Origin: an uncultured Smithella sp.
Lineage (GTDB): Bacteria > Desulfobacterota > Syntrophia > Syntrophales > Smithellaceae
DNA length: 64,000 nucleotides
Reading direction: 5' to 3'
Assembly (NCBI GenBank): GCA_964646755.1
Contig: CAZYIE010000011.1
Span: 4,681-68,680, forward strand
The notes under the pieces were generated by a model. That model saw nothing but the letters and a program-made list of their open reading frames with translations. It made no database searches and was not told the origin of the DNA. A program made the translations under genes and the position numbers. Positions 10,280 to 20,443 of the stretch are shown here, piece by piece; within the stretch, counting starts at the first letter, position 1, and every line of letters starts with the position of its first letter.

Positions 10280-10552
10280 TTATGATTTTTTAGTAGTCTC
10301 ATCGGACGCAACTTGCTTCGGTTCTTCCTGGTCGGTTTTTAATAAAAGCGAATCTTTCAAGCCATTATCTTTTGGTTTATCCTCGCTTTGCATAGTTTGT
10401 TTGATGTCATCGGTGATTCCGTCTGTAGCTTTACGGAATTCACTGAATCCCTTGCCTAACGTTTTGGCCAGATCGGGCAATTTTTTCGGACCGACAATCA
10501 GCAAGGCAATAACGGCAATTATGATTAACTCCTGAAACCCGATACCAAACAT
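10280..10552 (-). CDS. TatA/TatB-family Sec-independent translocase subunit
   Basis: 90 aa. MFGIGFQELIIIAVIALLIVGPKKLPDLAK gives a TM helix, a GP hinge and an amphipathic helix. It lies upstream of tatC. Confidence 0.9.
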   Translation of the reverse strand: MFGIGFQELIIIAVIALLIVGPKKLPDLAKTLGKGFSEFRKATDGITDDIKQTMQSEDKPKDNGLKDSLLLKTDQEEPKQVASDETTKKS

Positions 10553-10699
10553 GAAATATCAACTCCTGAAAAATTTGAATAATTACCATATATTTCGATA
10601 GCTGCTTTTGTCAATAGTTTTTGCATGTACAAAATACTTGTCCGATGGTGCTTATTGTTATTGCTGTGAAATGTCCGGAGGGAGATGTATTAAACAGAA

Positions 10700-10740
10700 G
10701 CCTCACCCTTCATCCAGGGTGCTGGAAAGAAGGGTGAGGC
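10700..10740 (-). terminator. stem-loop downstream of the 614-aa acyl-CoA dehydrogenase
   Basis: Perfect 12-bp stem GCCTCACCCTTC / GAAGGGTGAGGC, beginning 10 nt after the stop. The U-tract on the minus strand is weak (TTCTGTTT). Confidence 0.5.
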
Positions 10741-10749
10741 ATGAGAATT

Positions 10750-12594
10750 TCAGGAAACGAAACTTTCCTCCGCGATCTCCATGATAGACAGATCGTCACT
10801 CTTGACGGCTTTAACGACAGCATCAATCTCCGGCAGGATATGCTTGATAAAATACTTAGCAGCAGTAACCTTCCCAGCGTAGAATGCCGCATCTTTATCG
10901 GATTTTATAATTTCCGCCAGTTTCAGGGGATCGCTGCACAGAGCATCCAGCTTTTCCTTGGCCACGCCAGCCTCCCAGAGGAGCAGCCAGGCCAGAACAA
11001 CCTTACCCATCATCATCAAGAAGGGATAGGCATTTCCCACTGGCACCATGAACTTACCACTTTTTCCGCAGGAAGCGAAGTACATGGCCAGATCGGCCAG
11101 AGCGTTCACGCCATTTTGGACATCCGCAGCCATATCTTTCAAGGCCGGATGGTCTTTGTAACGGGCCACTGTACCTCCCATTTCTCCGAGGAGATTCATG
11201 AAGTACAGGCCTTTCTTCATACCGAGTTTACGTCCAACGAGGTCGAGAGCCTGAATGCCGTTGGTGCCTTCATACAGAGAGGCAATCTTTTCATCGCGCA
11301 TGAACTGTTCAACGGGATACTCGGCGCAGAAGCCGTAACCGCCATATACCTGAATGGCCTGCTCGGTTACCTTGAAACCTATATCCGAACAGTAGGCCTT
11401 GCAGATGGGCGTCAGTACTTCGAGCAGCCCGCGATACTTATCTTTCTGTGCCTCATCGGTCGATGTATGTTCCATATCGACGCAATAGGCGGTATAGTAC
11501 ATCAGTGCCCGCATGCCTTCGACCTGTGCTTTCATCCACAAAAGCATCCGGCGGACGTCAGGGTGCGAAATAATCGGTACGCGGGGCGCTTCCGGGTTCT
11601 TCATATCCATAAGGGATGACCCTTGCAGCCGGTCTTTGGCATATTGAACGGCATGCATATAAGCGATGGAACCGCTGGCCAGTCCCTGGAGTCCCACACC
11701 GATACGGGCCTCATTCATCATCAGGAACATGACTTTCATCCCCTGACGTTCTTCTCCCAGGAGTTCGGCGTAGCATTCATTATTGTCGCCGAAATTGATC
11801 AGGCAGGTGGAACTCCCGTGAAGGCCCATCTTGTGCTCGATTCCGTCGATCGTAAAATCGTTCCTCTTGCCGAGACTTCCGTCTTCATTAACCAGATATT
11901 TGGGGACGAGGAAAATGGAGATGCCGCCGGTACCGGCGGGGTCGCCTTCAATGCGGGCTAGAACAGGATGAATAATATTAGACACCAGATCATGGTCACC
12001 GGAAGTGATGAAAAGCTTTGTGCCTTGGATCTTGAATGTTCCGTCCGGCTGCCGGATGGCCTTTGTCTTGAGAGCGCCGACATCCGAACCGGCCGAGGGC
12101 TCCGTAAGGCACATCGTTCCGCTCCATTCGCCGGTATTCATCTTCTCCATATATTTTTTCTTCTGCGCTTCCGTGCCGAAGGACTCGATGAGATGTGAAG
12201 CTCCTTCCGTCAGACCGGGAAAGGCAACAAAGGCAAAATTGTGCATGAACCAGTCTTTGGCGGCGGTCGAAATGATGAGGGGAAGCCCCTGGCCGCCAAC
12301 CTCCGGTGATTTACTCATACCCATCCAGCCGCCTTCGCAGAAGAGCTTATAGGGCCTGTGGAAAACCTCGGGGGCAAATACCTGACCGTTTTCCAGGCGG
12401 CAACCTTCTTTGTCCGCTGCTGTCAGGGTAGGAAATATCTCTTCAGTGGCGAACTTTTGTGCTTCATTGAGAATCATGTTGAACATGTCTTCTGAAAAAT
12501 CGGCATATTTAGCCGACTTACATATATTAGCAATATTCAGAAGCTCATAAAGAATAAATTTTTGATCCCTTTCATCTAAAATCAAACTTGCCAT
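10750..12594 (-). CDS. long-form (~600 aa) acyl-CoA dehydrogenase with a C-terminal extension domain
   Basis: 614 aa. ACAD motifs CLTEPSAGSDVGALKT and ASLYEGTNGIQALDLVGRK are present. It is a clear paralog of the ORF at 30238-32103 and aligns with it end to end by eye. Confidence 0.9.
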   Translation of the reverse strand: MASLILDERDQKFILYELLNIANICKSAKYADFSEDMFNMILNEAQKFATEEIFPTLTAADKEGCRLENGQVFAPEVFHRPYKLFCEGGWMGMSKSPEVGGQGLPLIISTAAKDWFMHNFAFVAFPGLTEGASHLIESFGTEAQKKKYMEKMNTGEWSGTMCLTEPSAGSDVGALKTKAIRQPDGTFKIQGTKLFITSGDHDLVSNIIHPVLARIEGDPAGTGGISIFLVPKYLVNEDGSLGKRNDFTIDGIEHKMGLHGSSTCLINFGDNNECYAELLGEERQGMKVMFLMMNEARIGVGLQGLASGSIAYMHAVQYAKDRLQGSSLMDMKNPEAPRVPIISHPDVRRMLLWMKAQVEGMRALMYYTAYCVDMEHTSTDEAQKDKYRGLLEVLTPICKAYCSDIGFKVTEQAIQVYGGYGFCAEYPVEQFMRDEKIASLYEGTNGIQALDLVGRKLGMKKGLYFMNLLGEMGGTVARYKDHPALKDMAADVQNGVNALADLAMYFASCGKSGKFMVPVGNAYPFLMMMGKVVLAWLLLWEAGVAKEKLDALCSDPLKLAEIIKSDKDAAFYAGKVTAAKYFIKHILPEIDAVVKAVKSDDLSIMEIAEESFVS

Positions 12595-12984
12595 CTAAAC
12601 TTCCTCCTTTTTTCTGAATTATTTGTATTTGTCGATGTGCCCTCCATCGAAGTCATTTTACATAATCCGTAACAATGGTAATGAATATTGTATGCTCAGT
12701 TCAATAATCCGTAAACGCAAGAGCGATGTAACACAAATCTTCGATTATCAAAAGATAATAATTAATATAAGTCAATAAAAATACAGGAAGTATTTCTATA
12801 TTTCGTTGGACAAGAATCAACATTTTATCGTTTGTGAATGAAAATGCCGGATAAATGAGCGAAATAAGAAAAAATACTTCCTCGGTTCCGCAGAAACCGG
12901 ATCAATCATGTTTTGCTCTTTAGAATCATTTGTGATAAATCAGCGACAGTTTTAATCAGAAAAAATTTAAACAGAGGGTGGCTT

Positions 12985-14040
12985 GTGTCCAGGAAAACAG
13001 GCATTGTCAAAGATAGTCGTTATTTGCGGCATTCGGCCGGTTTTGCTCATCCGGAAAGCCCCGAGCGGCTGGCGGCAATTTATGAAATGCTGGATAATCC
13101 CGGCATGTCCTGGAAGTTCAAGGACATTGAACCGCGCGAAGCCACACATGAAGAGCTGGCGACTATTCATTCTCCCTCTTATATTGATTATATTGCCGGC
13201 ACTGCCGGCGAGGACTGTGTTATGCTTGATTCGGATACAGTCACAAGCCCGGAAACATATCAAACAGCTAAACTGGCGGCTGGCGGTTTTTGCAATGCCA
13301 TTAATGATGTTATCACCGGTGATTTGGATAACGCTTTTGCTTTTGTCCGGCCACCCGGCCATCATGCCGAATATGATGCCGCCGCCGGTTTCTGCATTTT
13401 TAATAATGTTGCGGTCGGGGCGATGCATGCCATTTTGAAACACAAAATGCAAAGGATCCTCATTGTGGATTGGGATTTGCACCACGGCAACGGCACACAG
13501 CATCTTTTTTACAATGATCCGCGTGTCTTGTATTTTTCTACTCACCAGTACCCATATTACCCGGGAACCGGCGGAATAGATGAAATTGGCCAAGGTGAAG
13601 GTAAAGGGTACACTGTTAATGTTCCTCTGAGCGGCGGCGCCGGAGACGATGAGTATATTAAAATATTCCGCAGAATACTTACGCCGGTAGCACTGGAGTT
13701 TCAGCCCGAATTAGTGCTGGTCTCCGCGGGCTTTGATATTTATTGTCATGATCCACTGGGCAGTATGCGCGTTACGCCACAGGGGTTTGCTGCGCTGACC
13801 CGCGTTTTGATGAATATTGCTGATAGTTGTTGCCAGGGGAGGTCGGTGGCTGTGCTGGAAGGCGGTTATAATGTTGAGGGATTGACAAAATCAGCGAAAG
13901 CTGTTTTGGAAGAGATGCTCGATGAAATTCATTGCTCTGAGGAGCAGCTTGCGGATGCCGAGCGCAATGCCGACGATGAAATAAACATTATAATCAAACG
14001 CGTTGCTAAAACAATCGCCCCATACTGGAAGCTCGATTAA
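12985..14040 (+). CDS. histone deacetylase-family (class II HDAC / acetylpolyamine amidohydrolase-like) protein
   Basis: Motifs RPPGHHA, DWDLHHGNGTQ and EGGYN. GTG 12985 after GAGGGTGG is the preferred start. The track ORF starts at TTG 12913. Confidence 0.85.
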   Translation: MSRKTGIVKDSRYLRHSAGFAHPESPERLAAIYEMLDNPGMSWKFKDIEPREATHEELATIHSPSYIDYIAGTAGEDCVMLDSDTVTSPETYQTAKLAAGGFCNAINDVITGDLDNAFAFVRPPGHHAEYDAAAGFCIFNNVAVGAMHAILKHKMQRILIVDWDLHHGNGTQHLFYNDPRVLYFSTHQYPYYPGTGGIDEIGQGEGKGYTVNVPLSGGAGDDEYIKIFRRILTPVALEFQPELVLVSAGFDIYCHDPLGSMRVTPQGFAALTRVLMNIADSCCQGRSVAVLEGGYNVEGLTKSAKAVLEEMLDEIHCSEEQLADAERNADDEINIIIKRVAKTIAPYWKLD

Positions 14041-14061
14041 GTCGGTTAATAAGGAGAATTG

Positions 14062-14346
14062 ATGATTACCGTACAGGAAGTTGAATATGTGGCGCATCTG
14101 GCGCGCCTCGAAATTGACGATGCGCAGAAGGATAAATTTACTTCGCAACTGAACGATATCCTGCTTTACATTGATAAACTCAACGAACTGGATACTACAG
14201 GTGTTGAGCCGATGAGTCATGCGATTGCCGTGACTAATGCGTTTCGTGAAGACAAGATTGCGGATTCTCTCGGCACGGAAAAATCACTGGCCAATGCCCC
14301 GGATGGGCGTGGCGAATTTTTCCGCGTACCGAAGGTAATTGAATAA
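14062..14346 (+). CDS. gatC: Asp/Glu-tRNA amidotransferase subunit C
   Basis: 94 aa. [18 protein letters not shown]... is typical of GatC. ATG follows AAGGAG. Confidence 0.92.
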   Translation: MITVQEVEYVAHLARLEIDDAQKDKFTSQLNDILLYIDKLNELDTTGVEPMSHAIAVTNAFREDKIADSLGTEKSLANAPDGRGEFFRVPKVIE

Positions 14347-14395
14347 GCAGGGGCGATTCGCGAACCGCCCCTGCAATAATGGAAAGAAGGAAGTT

Positions 14396-15853
14396 ATGGA
14401 GTTAAACACACTTACCATTCATGAATTGCAGGAAAAAATAAAAAACGGTCAAACATCCGCAGTACAAATTGTTGAGTCCGTTTTTAGCAGGATTGGTGTT
14501 GTCGAAGAGCGAGTGCACTCGTATATTCGACTGATGAAAGATGAAGCTCTGGCTGCAGCAAAAAAAGCCGACGAAGATATTAAAAGTGGTGCTATCAAAC
14601 CTCTGGCCGGCATTCCTGTTGCCCTGAAAGATATAGTATGCACAAAAGGTATTGCCACGACCTGCGGTTCACATATTTTGCATAATTTTGTGCCGCCGTA
14701 CGATGCAACAGTTGTCGAAAAACTGCGGGAAGCCGGGGCTGTTTTTGTCGGCAAGGCCAATATGGACGAATTCGCCATGGGATCTTCTACGGAAACTTCC
14801 TGGTTTGGAGTTACGCGCAATCCGTGGGATCTAGAAAGAATTCCCGGCGGTTCCAGCGGCGGCTCGGCAACGGCGGTGGCCGCTGATGAATGCATTGCTT
14901 CCATCGGTTCCGATACCGGCGGTTCTATCCGCCAGCCGGCAGCACTTTGCGGAGTTGTCGGCTTAAAACCAACTTATGGCCGCGTTTCGCGTTTCGGGTT
15001 GATTGCTTTTGCTTCGTCACTGGATCAAATCGGCCCCTTCACGAAAGATGTCGAAGATTGTGCCATTATGATGAATGTTTTAGCCGGTTACGACCCGCGC
15101 GAATCCACATCGGTGCAGGCGGAAGTTCCCGATTACCGGCAATTCGTAGGCAAAGATATTGCCGGCTGGAAAATAGGCATCCCTAAAGAATATTTTATTG
15201 AAGGTATTGATCCCGAAGTTGCCGCCGCAGTAAAAAAAGCCATTACCGTTATTGAAAAATGCGGCGGCCAGTGTGTGGATATTTCTCTGCCGCATACGGA
15301 ATATTGTCTGGCCGTTTATTATATTATTGCTCCGGCGGAAGCGAGCTCCAACCTGGCGCGCTATGACGGCGTGAAATATGGTTTGCGAACTTCCGAAGCC
15401 CGGGACTTACTGGATATGTACAAAAAAACTCGAACGCAGGGATTCGGCAATGAAGTGAAAAGAAGAATAATGATCGGTACTTATGCTTTATCATCCGGAT
15501 ATTATGATGCTTATTATAAAAAAGCGTCGCAGGTACGCGCCTTGATCAAGCAGGATTTTGCGGAGGCATTTAAAAAATGCGATGTAATTCTTACGCCGAC
15601 AACACCGACGCCGGCGTTTAAAATCGGTGAGAAAACGGACAATCCCTTGCAGATGTACCTTTCCGATCTTTTCACCATCTCGTCCAATCTGGCGGGAATT
15701 CCCGGAATATCGGTGCCCTGCGGTTTTACCGCCAGCGGTTTGCCCGTAGGGCTGCAGTTTTTAGCCGGACATTTTGAAGAAGGAAAGCTTATTTCAATAG
15801 CCTCTGCCTATGAAAAGAACGCTAATCTTGAAAAAAGGAGGCCGCAATTATAA
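14396..15853 (+). CDS. gatA: Asp/Glu-tRNA amidotransferase subunit A
   Basis: Carries the amidase signature [14 protein letters not shown] chose ATG 14396 after GAAGGAAG. The track ORF's upstream extension overlaps gatC. A GC hairpin lies at 14347-14374 between gatC and gatA. Confidence 0.96.
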   Translation: MELNTLTIHELQEKIKNGQTSAVQIVESVFSRIGVVEERVHSYIRLMKDEALAAAKKADEDIKSGAIKPLAGIPVALKDIVCTKGIATTCGSHILHNFVPPYDATVVEKLREAGAVFVGKANMDEFAMGSSTETSWFGVTRNPWDLERIPGGSSGGSATAVAADECIASIGSDTGGSIRQPAALCGVVGLKPTYGRVSRFGLIAFASSLDQIGPFTKDVEDCAIMMNVLAGYDPRESTSVQAEVPDYRQFVGKDIAGWKIGIPKEYFIEGIDPEVAAAVKKAITVIEKCGGQCVDISLPHTEYCLAVYYIIAPAEASSNLARYDGVKYGLRTSEARDLLDMYKKTRTQGFGNEVKRRIMIGTYALSSGYYDAYYKKASQVRALIKQDFAEAFKKCDVILTPTTPTPAFKIGEKTDNPLQMYLSDLFTISSNLAGIPGISVPCGFTASGLPVGLQFLAGHFEEGKLISIASAYEKNANLEKRRPQL

Positions 15854-17283
15854 TGGAGTTTGAAACAGTAATCGGTCTGGAAGTACATGCTCAACTTTTA
15901 ACGGATACAAAAATATTCTGCAATTGCTCGACTAAATTCGGCCAAGCGCCCAACAGCCATGCCTGTCCGGTATGCCTCGGCATGCCCGGTGTGCTGCCGG
16001 TATTAAATAAGAAGGTCGTGGAGTACGGTATGAAGATGTCTCTGGCGACCAATTGCACCATCAATAAATCCTGCAGTTTTGCGCGGAAAAATTATTTTTA
16101 CCCCGATCTGCCCAAAGGGTATCAAATATCACAATATGCCTATCCTCTTTCGGAGCACGGGCATGTTTTTCTGGAAGTGGATGGAGCACAAAAGAAAGTC
16201 GGTATTACCCGGATCCATATGGAAGAAGATGCTGGCAAGTTGATGCACGATGAACATAATCCCGTCAGTTATGTGGATTTAAACCGCGCCGGTGTGCCGC
16301 TGATTGAAATAGTCAGCGAGCCCGATATGCGTTCACCTGCAGAAGCAGCCGATTACTTGAAGCGCCTGCACGAAATTCTGGTTTATCTGGAAATTTGCGA
16401 CGGCAATATGGAAGAAGGTTCTTTCCGCTGTGATGCTAATGTTTCCATTCGGCCGAAAGGACAGGATGAATTCGGCACCCGCGCCGAACTCAAAAACATG
16501 AATTCCTTCCGCAATGTTCAGCGCGCGCTGGAATATGAAGTCAAGCGCCAGCAGTACATTGTGGAAAACGGGGGAAAAATCGTCCAGGAAACCCGCCTCT
16601 GGGATGACGCGCAGGGGGTGACCAATCCCATGCGCAGCAAGGAAGAGGCTCATGATTACCGCTATTTCCCCGATCCTGATTTAGTTCCTATTATCGTGGA
16701 TGACACCTGGATAGAAGAAATTCGCAGAGAACTGCCCGAGCTGCCGCGGGCCAAGCGGGAAAGATTTGTTAAAGATTATCAGATTCCGGCTTACGATGCC
16801 GGTGTGCTTACCGCCGATAAAGCGCTGTCTGATTATTATGAAGAAGTCGTCCGTCTTTGCGCCAGTCCCAAGGCGGCCAGTAACTGGGTGATGGGTGATG
16901 TGCTGAGATTTTTAAATGAAGAAAAGCGTGATATCCGCAATTGCCCGATCACTGCGGTAAGCTTAGCGGAAATGATCCAGCTCATCGAAGACGGCACCAT
17001 CAGCGGTAAAATGGCTAAAGATATTGTCGGGGAAATGTATAAAACCGGCAGCGCCCCCAAGACCATCATTGCCGAAAAAGGCATGGTGCAGATCACCGAT
17101 GAAGGCGCACTGCTGAAAACAATTTCAGCAATCATAGATGCCAATCCCAATCAACTCAAGGATTACCGTGGCGGGAAAGATAAACTTTTCGGCTTTTTCG
17201 TCGGCCAGGTGATGAAAGCAACGCAAGGCAAAGCCAATCCGCAACTAGTTAATGATTTGCTCAAAAAGATGCTGGCCGGCTGA
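15853..17283 (+). CDS. gatB: Asp/Glu-tRNA amidotransferase subunit B
   Basis: 476 aa. The N-terminus is [15 protein letters not shown]. There is a TAATG overlap with gatA. Confidence 0.96.
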   Translation: MEFETVIGLEVHAQLLTDTKIFCNCSTKFGQAPNSHACPVCLGMPGVLPVLNKKVVEYGMKMSLATNCTINKSCSFARKNYFYPDLPKGYQISQYAYPLSEHGHVFLEVDGAQKKVGITRIHMEEDAGKLMHDEHNPVSYVDLNRAGVPLIEIVSEPDMRSPAEAADYLKRLHEILVYLEICDGNMEEGSFRCDANVSIRPKGQDEFGTRAELKNMNSFRNVQRALEYEVKRQQYIVENGGKIVQETRLWDDAQGVTNPMRSKEEAHDYRYFPDPDLVPIIVDDTWIEEIRRELPELPRAKRERFVKDYQIPAYDAGVLTADKALSDYYEEVVRLCASPKAASNWVMGDVLRFLNEEKRDIRNCPITAVSLAEMIQLIEDGTISGKMAKDIVGEMYKTGSAPKTIIAEKGMVQITDEGALLKTISAIIDANPNQLKDYRGGKDKLFGFFVGQVMKATQGKANPQLVNDLLKKMLAG

Positions 17284-18329
17284 TGATTAAGACTGTTATC
17301 TGGAAAAACAATACGGTTGTTTTGATTGATCAAAATGCCCTGCCGCTTATCGAGCGCTATATTACCTGCCATCGCTATCAGGAAGTAATTTCCGCCATTA
17401 AAGATTTAACTCTACGGGGTGCGCCGGCTATTGGCGTTGCTGCGGCTATGGCGGCAGCACTGGGCGCAACAGAGTTGCCGGTATTGCCACCGGAGAAACT
17501 CCGCCAAAATTTTTATGAGATTTGTAACGAGATCGAGCAGTCACGCCCGACGGCACGCAATCTCTTCTGGGCACTGGAGCGCATGAAAAAATGTCTGGAC
17601 AGTGCCATAGCTTCCGGCAAGAAAAAAATAGTCCCGGAATTGGTGGGGGAAGCCAGGCGCATTTGCGCAGAAGATATTGCCAATAACCGTCAGATGGGAA
17701 AAAACGGCAGCGCCCTTATTGCCGATGGAGATAATGTTCTGACCCACTGCAACGCCGGCGCCCTGGCAACGGCAGGTTACGGTACGGCTCTTGGCGTTTT
17801 GCGTGCGGCGCGGGAGCAAGGCAAAAAAATACAAGTCTATGTTGATGAAACGAGGCCAGTTTTGCAGGGAGCGCGCCTTACCGCCTGGGAGCTTAAAAAA
17901 GAAAAGATTCCCGCTATCTTGATTACTGACAACATGGCCGGGTTTTTGATGCAGCAGGGAAAGATTGACAAGGTTATTGTCGGTGCCGACCGGATTGCCG
18001 CCAACGGTGATACCGCCAATAAAATCGGCACTTATTCTTTAGCAGTGCTGGCCTGCGAGCATAGCATTCCTTTTTATATTGCAGCACCTCTTTCCACAAT
18101 AGACTCTTCTTTAAAAACGGGCTTGGCAATACCGATTGAGGAGAGGTCAGCCGCAGAAGTCACCCACTTCCGTAACCTTCAAACAGCGCCTGACGGCATG
18201 AAGGTTTACAATCCGGCCTTCGACATCACGCCGGCCCGATATATATCCGCGATTATTACGGAAAAAGGAATACTCGAAAAGCCTTATCTTCGATCTATCC
18301 GCAGTCTTGAGAAAGGTCAATCCGCCTGA
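17283..18329 (+). CDS. mtnA: S-methyl-5-thioribose-1-phosphate isomerase (eIF-2B-like family)
   Basis: 348 aa. Motifs LRGAPAIGVAAA and GADRIAANGDTANKIGTY. There is a TGATG overlap with gatB. Confidence 0.88.
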   Translation: MIKTVIWKNNTVVLIDQNALPLIERYITCHRYQEVISAIKDLTLRGAPAIGVAAAMAAALGATELPVLPPEKLRQNFYEICNEIEQSRPTARNLFWALERMKKCLDSAIASGKKKIVPELVGEARRICAEDIANNRQMGKNGSALIADGDNVLTHCNAGALATAGYGTALGVLRAAREQGKKIQVYVDETRPVLQGARLTAWELKKEKIPAILITDNMAGFLMQQGKIDKVIVGADRIAANGDTANKIGTYSLAVLACEHSIPFYIAAPLSTIDSSLKTGLAIPIEERSAAEVTHFRNLQTAPDGMKVYNPAFDITPARYISAIITEKGILEKPYLRSIRSLEKGQSA

Positions 18330-18946
18330 TGAAATTATTCCTTTTTGATTTTGACGGTGTGCTGGTAGAGTCTCTGGACATCTACGAAAAGGCAGTCAGC
18401 CTCTCTCTTGCAAAAATGAACAAGCCTCTGACGCGGGGCAGAGAAGATTTCCTGGAATTATTCGACGGCAATTTTTACGAATCACTGACTAAAAGGGGGG
18501 TGGATTTAAAGGAATTTATGGAAGTTTCCAGCGGCCTGCTTGAGCAGGTGGATTACACAGAGATGCAGCCGGTTACTGCCATTATTGATGTAGTTGAGGA
18601 ACTGCAGAAGAATAACATTCTGCTGGTGATTTCTTCCAATTATTCTCAGACGATTTCAGCGGCACTGGAACAATTTAAATTTAATGGGTATTTTCAGGAG
18701 GTGCTCGGTTCCGATTTCCTGCTCTCTAAAAAAGATAAAGTGCTTTATGCCATTAAGAAGTATCAAATTGATCCCGAAGATATTTATTACATTGGTGATA
18801 CAACCGGCGATATTCAGGAAGGACGGGCCGCCGGAGTAAAAACTGTCGGTGTCACCTGGGGCTGGCACAGTAAGGAAAGAATGGCTGCCGCCCAGCCGGA
18901 TTATCTCGTCAATAAGCCGCAAGAATTATTGCAACTAAGCCAGTGA
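18329..18946 (+). CDS. HAD-superfamily hydrolase (phosphoglycolate phosphatase-like)
   Basis: 205 aa. Motif I is FDFDGVL and the C-terminal motif is GDTTGD. There is a TGATG overlap with mtnA. Confidence 0.8.
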   Translation: MKLFLFDFDGVLVESLDIYEKAVSLSLAKMNKPLTRGREDFLELFDGNFYESLTKRGVDLKEFMEVSSGLLEQVDYTEMQPVTAIIDVVEELQKNNILLVISSNYSQTISAALEQFKFNGYFQEVLGSDFLLSKKDKVLYAIKKYQIDPEDIYYIGDTTGDIQEGRAAGVKTVGVTWGWHSKERMAAAQPDYLVNKPQELLQLSQ

Positions 18947-18954
18947 GATTAAAT

Positions 18955-19512
18955 ATGACACAGGGTTGCAGCAAACTTAAGTTTATTTCCGCCGTTTTTT
19001 TCTTTCCGCTGCGCTCGTCGCTTGAGCGTCTGGGAATTCGCTATGATCTTTCCGCTATCACCAATGCCTATTATCGCGAGGAGTTTGATAGTATCCCGGC
19101 TGCCCAAAAGGCGGTTATCCTGCCCCACTGCCTGATCAGCGATAAATGCCCTGCCCGCTTTTCCAAAATGGAGGGAATTATTTGCAGTAAATGCAAAAAA
19201 TGCGGTTGCGGCGAGATATGCATCCTTGCCGAGGAGCAGGGATGGCAATTCTACATCACACCCAGCACAGGATTCACAAAACGGCTTGTGCATAGAAAGA
19301 CAATCCGGGCTGCCGTCGGGGCGGCCTGCAATTTCGAAATCGAAAAAGGCATACGGTCAACACCGATCAACACGAAAGGCGTTCATCTGCAGCGGGAGAA
19401 AGTAATTCCCCAGGTTGTTCTGACAGCCCGGTATGATTGTCTGAACAATGATGTTGACTGGGAACAGTTAAAAAGGATTATCCGGGGTGAAAGGGCATCT
19501 GTTGAGTTCTGA
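18955..19512 (+). CDS. Cys-rich DUF116-like protein of unknown function
   Basis: Contains LPHCLISDKCPARF...CSKCKKCGCGEIC, which I recall as the DUF116 pattern. That assignment is from memory and was not searched. ATG 18955 is preferred over the track's GTG at 18943. Confidence 0.5.
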   Translation: MTQGCSKLKFISAVFFFPLRSSLERLGIRYDLSAITNAYYREEFDSIPAAQKAVILPHCLISDKCPARFSKMEGIICSKCKKCGCGEICILAEEQGWQFYITPSTGFTKRLVHRKTIRAAVGAACNFEIEKGIRSTPINTKGVHLQREKVIPQVVLTARYDCLNNDVDWEQLKRIIRGERASVEF

Positions 19513-19565
19513 TTCAAGTTCAACCTTGTTTTTACCGATAATTAATATATAAGGAGAACAAACTT

Positions 19566-19916
19566 ATGTCGTCCGCTTTTGGAATTGCCCTGACCGCGTT
19601 GAAAGCTTTCGAGAAAAAGCTTGACGTAAACGCCAATAATATTGCCAATGCAGAAACAAATAATTTTAAGAAAAGCCTTGTTGAACTTCAAGAAGCAGCC
19701 AATGGCGGTGTGGTTGTAACAATTAGTAGCGTTGATACTCCCGGCATGGAACTGGACCCCAATGCGCAAACAGGTGTTGCCCAGCAAACATCAAATGTGA
19801 CCCTGGCAGAAGAGATTGCCGATCAGATTCTCGCTCAATATTCCTATGAAGCCAATATCCTGACCATTAAAACCGCCACAGAAATGCAAAAAGAACTGCT
19901 CGATATTAAAGCTTAA
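19566..19916 (+). CDS. short flagellar basal-body rod (FlgB/FlgC)-like protein, orphan
   Basis: 116 aa. The N-terminal LDVNANNIANAETNNFKK matches the rod-protein signature (ANNIAN..T.G[FY]K). The C-terminal SNVTLAEEIADQILAQYSYEANILTIKTATEMQKELLDI matches the rod and hook C-terminal helix. AAGGAG RBS is present. Confidence 0.6.
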   Translation: MSSAFGIALTALKAFEKKLDVNANNIANAETNNFKKSLVELQEAANGGVVVTISSVDTPGMELDPNAQTGVAQQTSNVTLAEEIADQILAQYSYEANILTIKTATEMQKELLDIKA

Positions 19917-20071
19917 CTTACCCTGACCTATATTTACCTTAACAGAAAGTGTCAAATTAAGTCTTGTCTCCATTATCGCATGTACTACTCTTGAGTGCCG
20001 CATTTTCTGGAAAACAATTATTGCCGAAAGAACAGGGAGACATTTTGTAACCGGCATCCCTCAGGATATTG

Positions 20072-20443
20072 CTATTTCTTGCACTCTCCAATGGAACCTT
20101 CTTTACACCTTGACCCGTCCGTCCAAGTTGCCGTACTCAGGTCTGCCCCACCCAGTTTTGCCTCTTTCAGGTTTGCCATGTACAGGTCTGCACCACACAG
20201 TTTTGCCCCACTTATGTCTGCCTTGCTCAGATTTGCCTTGAACAGTCTTGCCCCGGCCAGGTTTGCCTTGCTCAGATTTGCCCCGCTCAGGTTCGCATTG
20301 TCCAGATTGCATTTCGGGCATGAATTTGTTGTTCTTAACTTCTTCAAATCTGCTTCGCTATACGCATATACCCCTCTTACCGATAGCATACCTATCATAA
20401 GAATCGCTATGACTGAAAGAAACACTCTGCTCCCTGTCTGCAT
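20072..20443 (-). CDS. secreted pentapeptide-repeat protein
   Basis: 123 aa. There is a signal peptide (..LSVRGVYA/YS), then A(N/D)LxX repeats: NANLSGANLSKANLAGARLFKANLSKADISGAKLCGADLYMANLKEAKLGGADL. A Cys-containing tail follows. Confidence 0.85.
   Translation of the reverse strand: MQTGSRVFLSVIAILMIGMLSVRGVYAYSEADLKKLRTTNSCPKCNLDNANLSGANLSKANLAGARLFKANLSKADISGAKLCGADLYMANLKEAKLGGADLSTATWTDGSRCKEGSIGECKK
20219..20282 (-). repeat. in-frame coding duplication inside the pentapeptide-repeat gene
   Basis: The 19-mer TGCCTTGCTCAGATTTGCC occurs at 20219-20237 and 20264-20282. The offset is 45 nt, which equals three 15-nt pentapeptide units. Confidence 0.8.
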
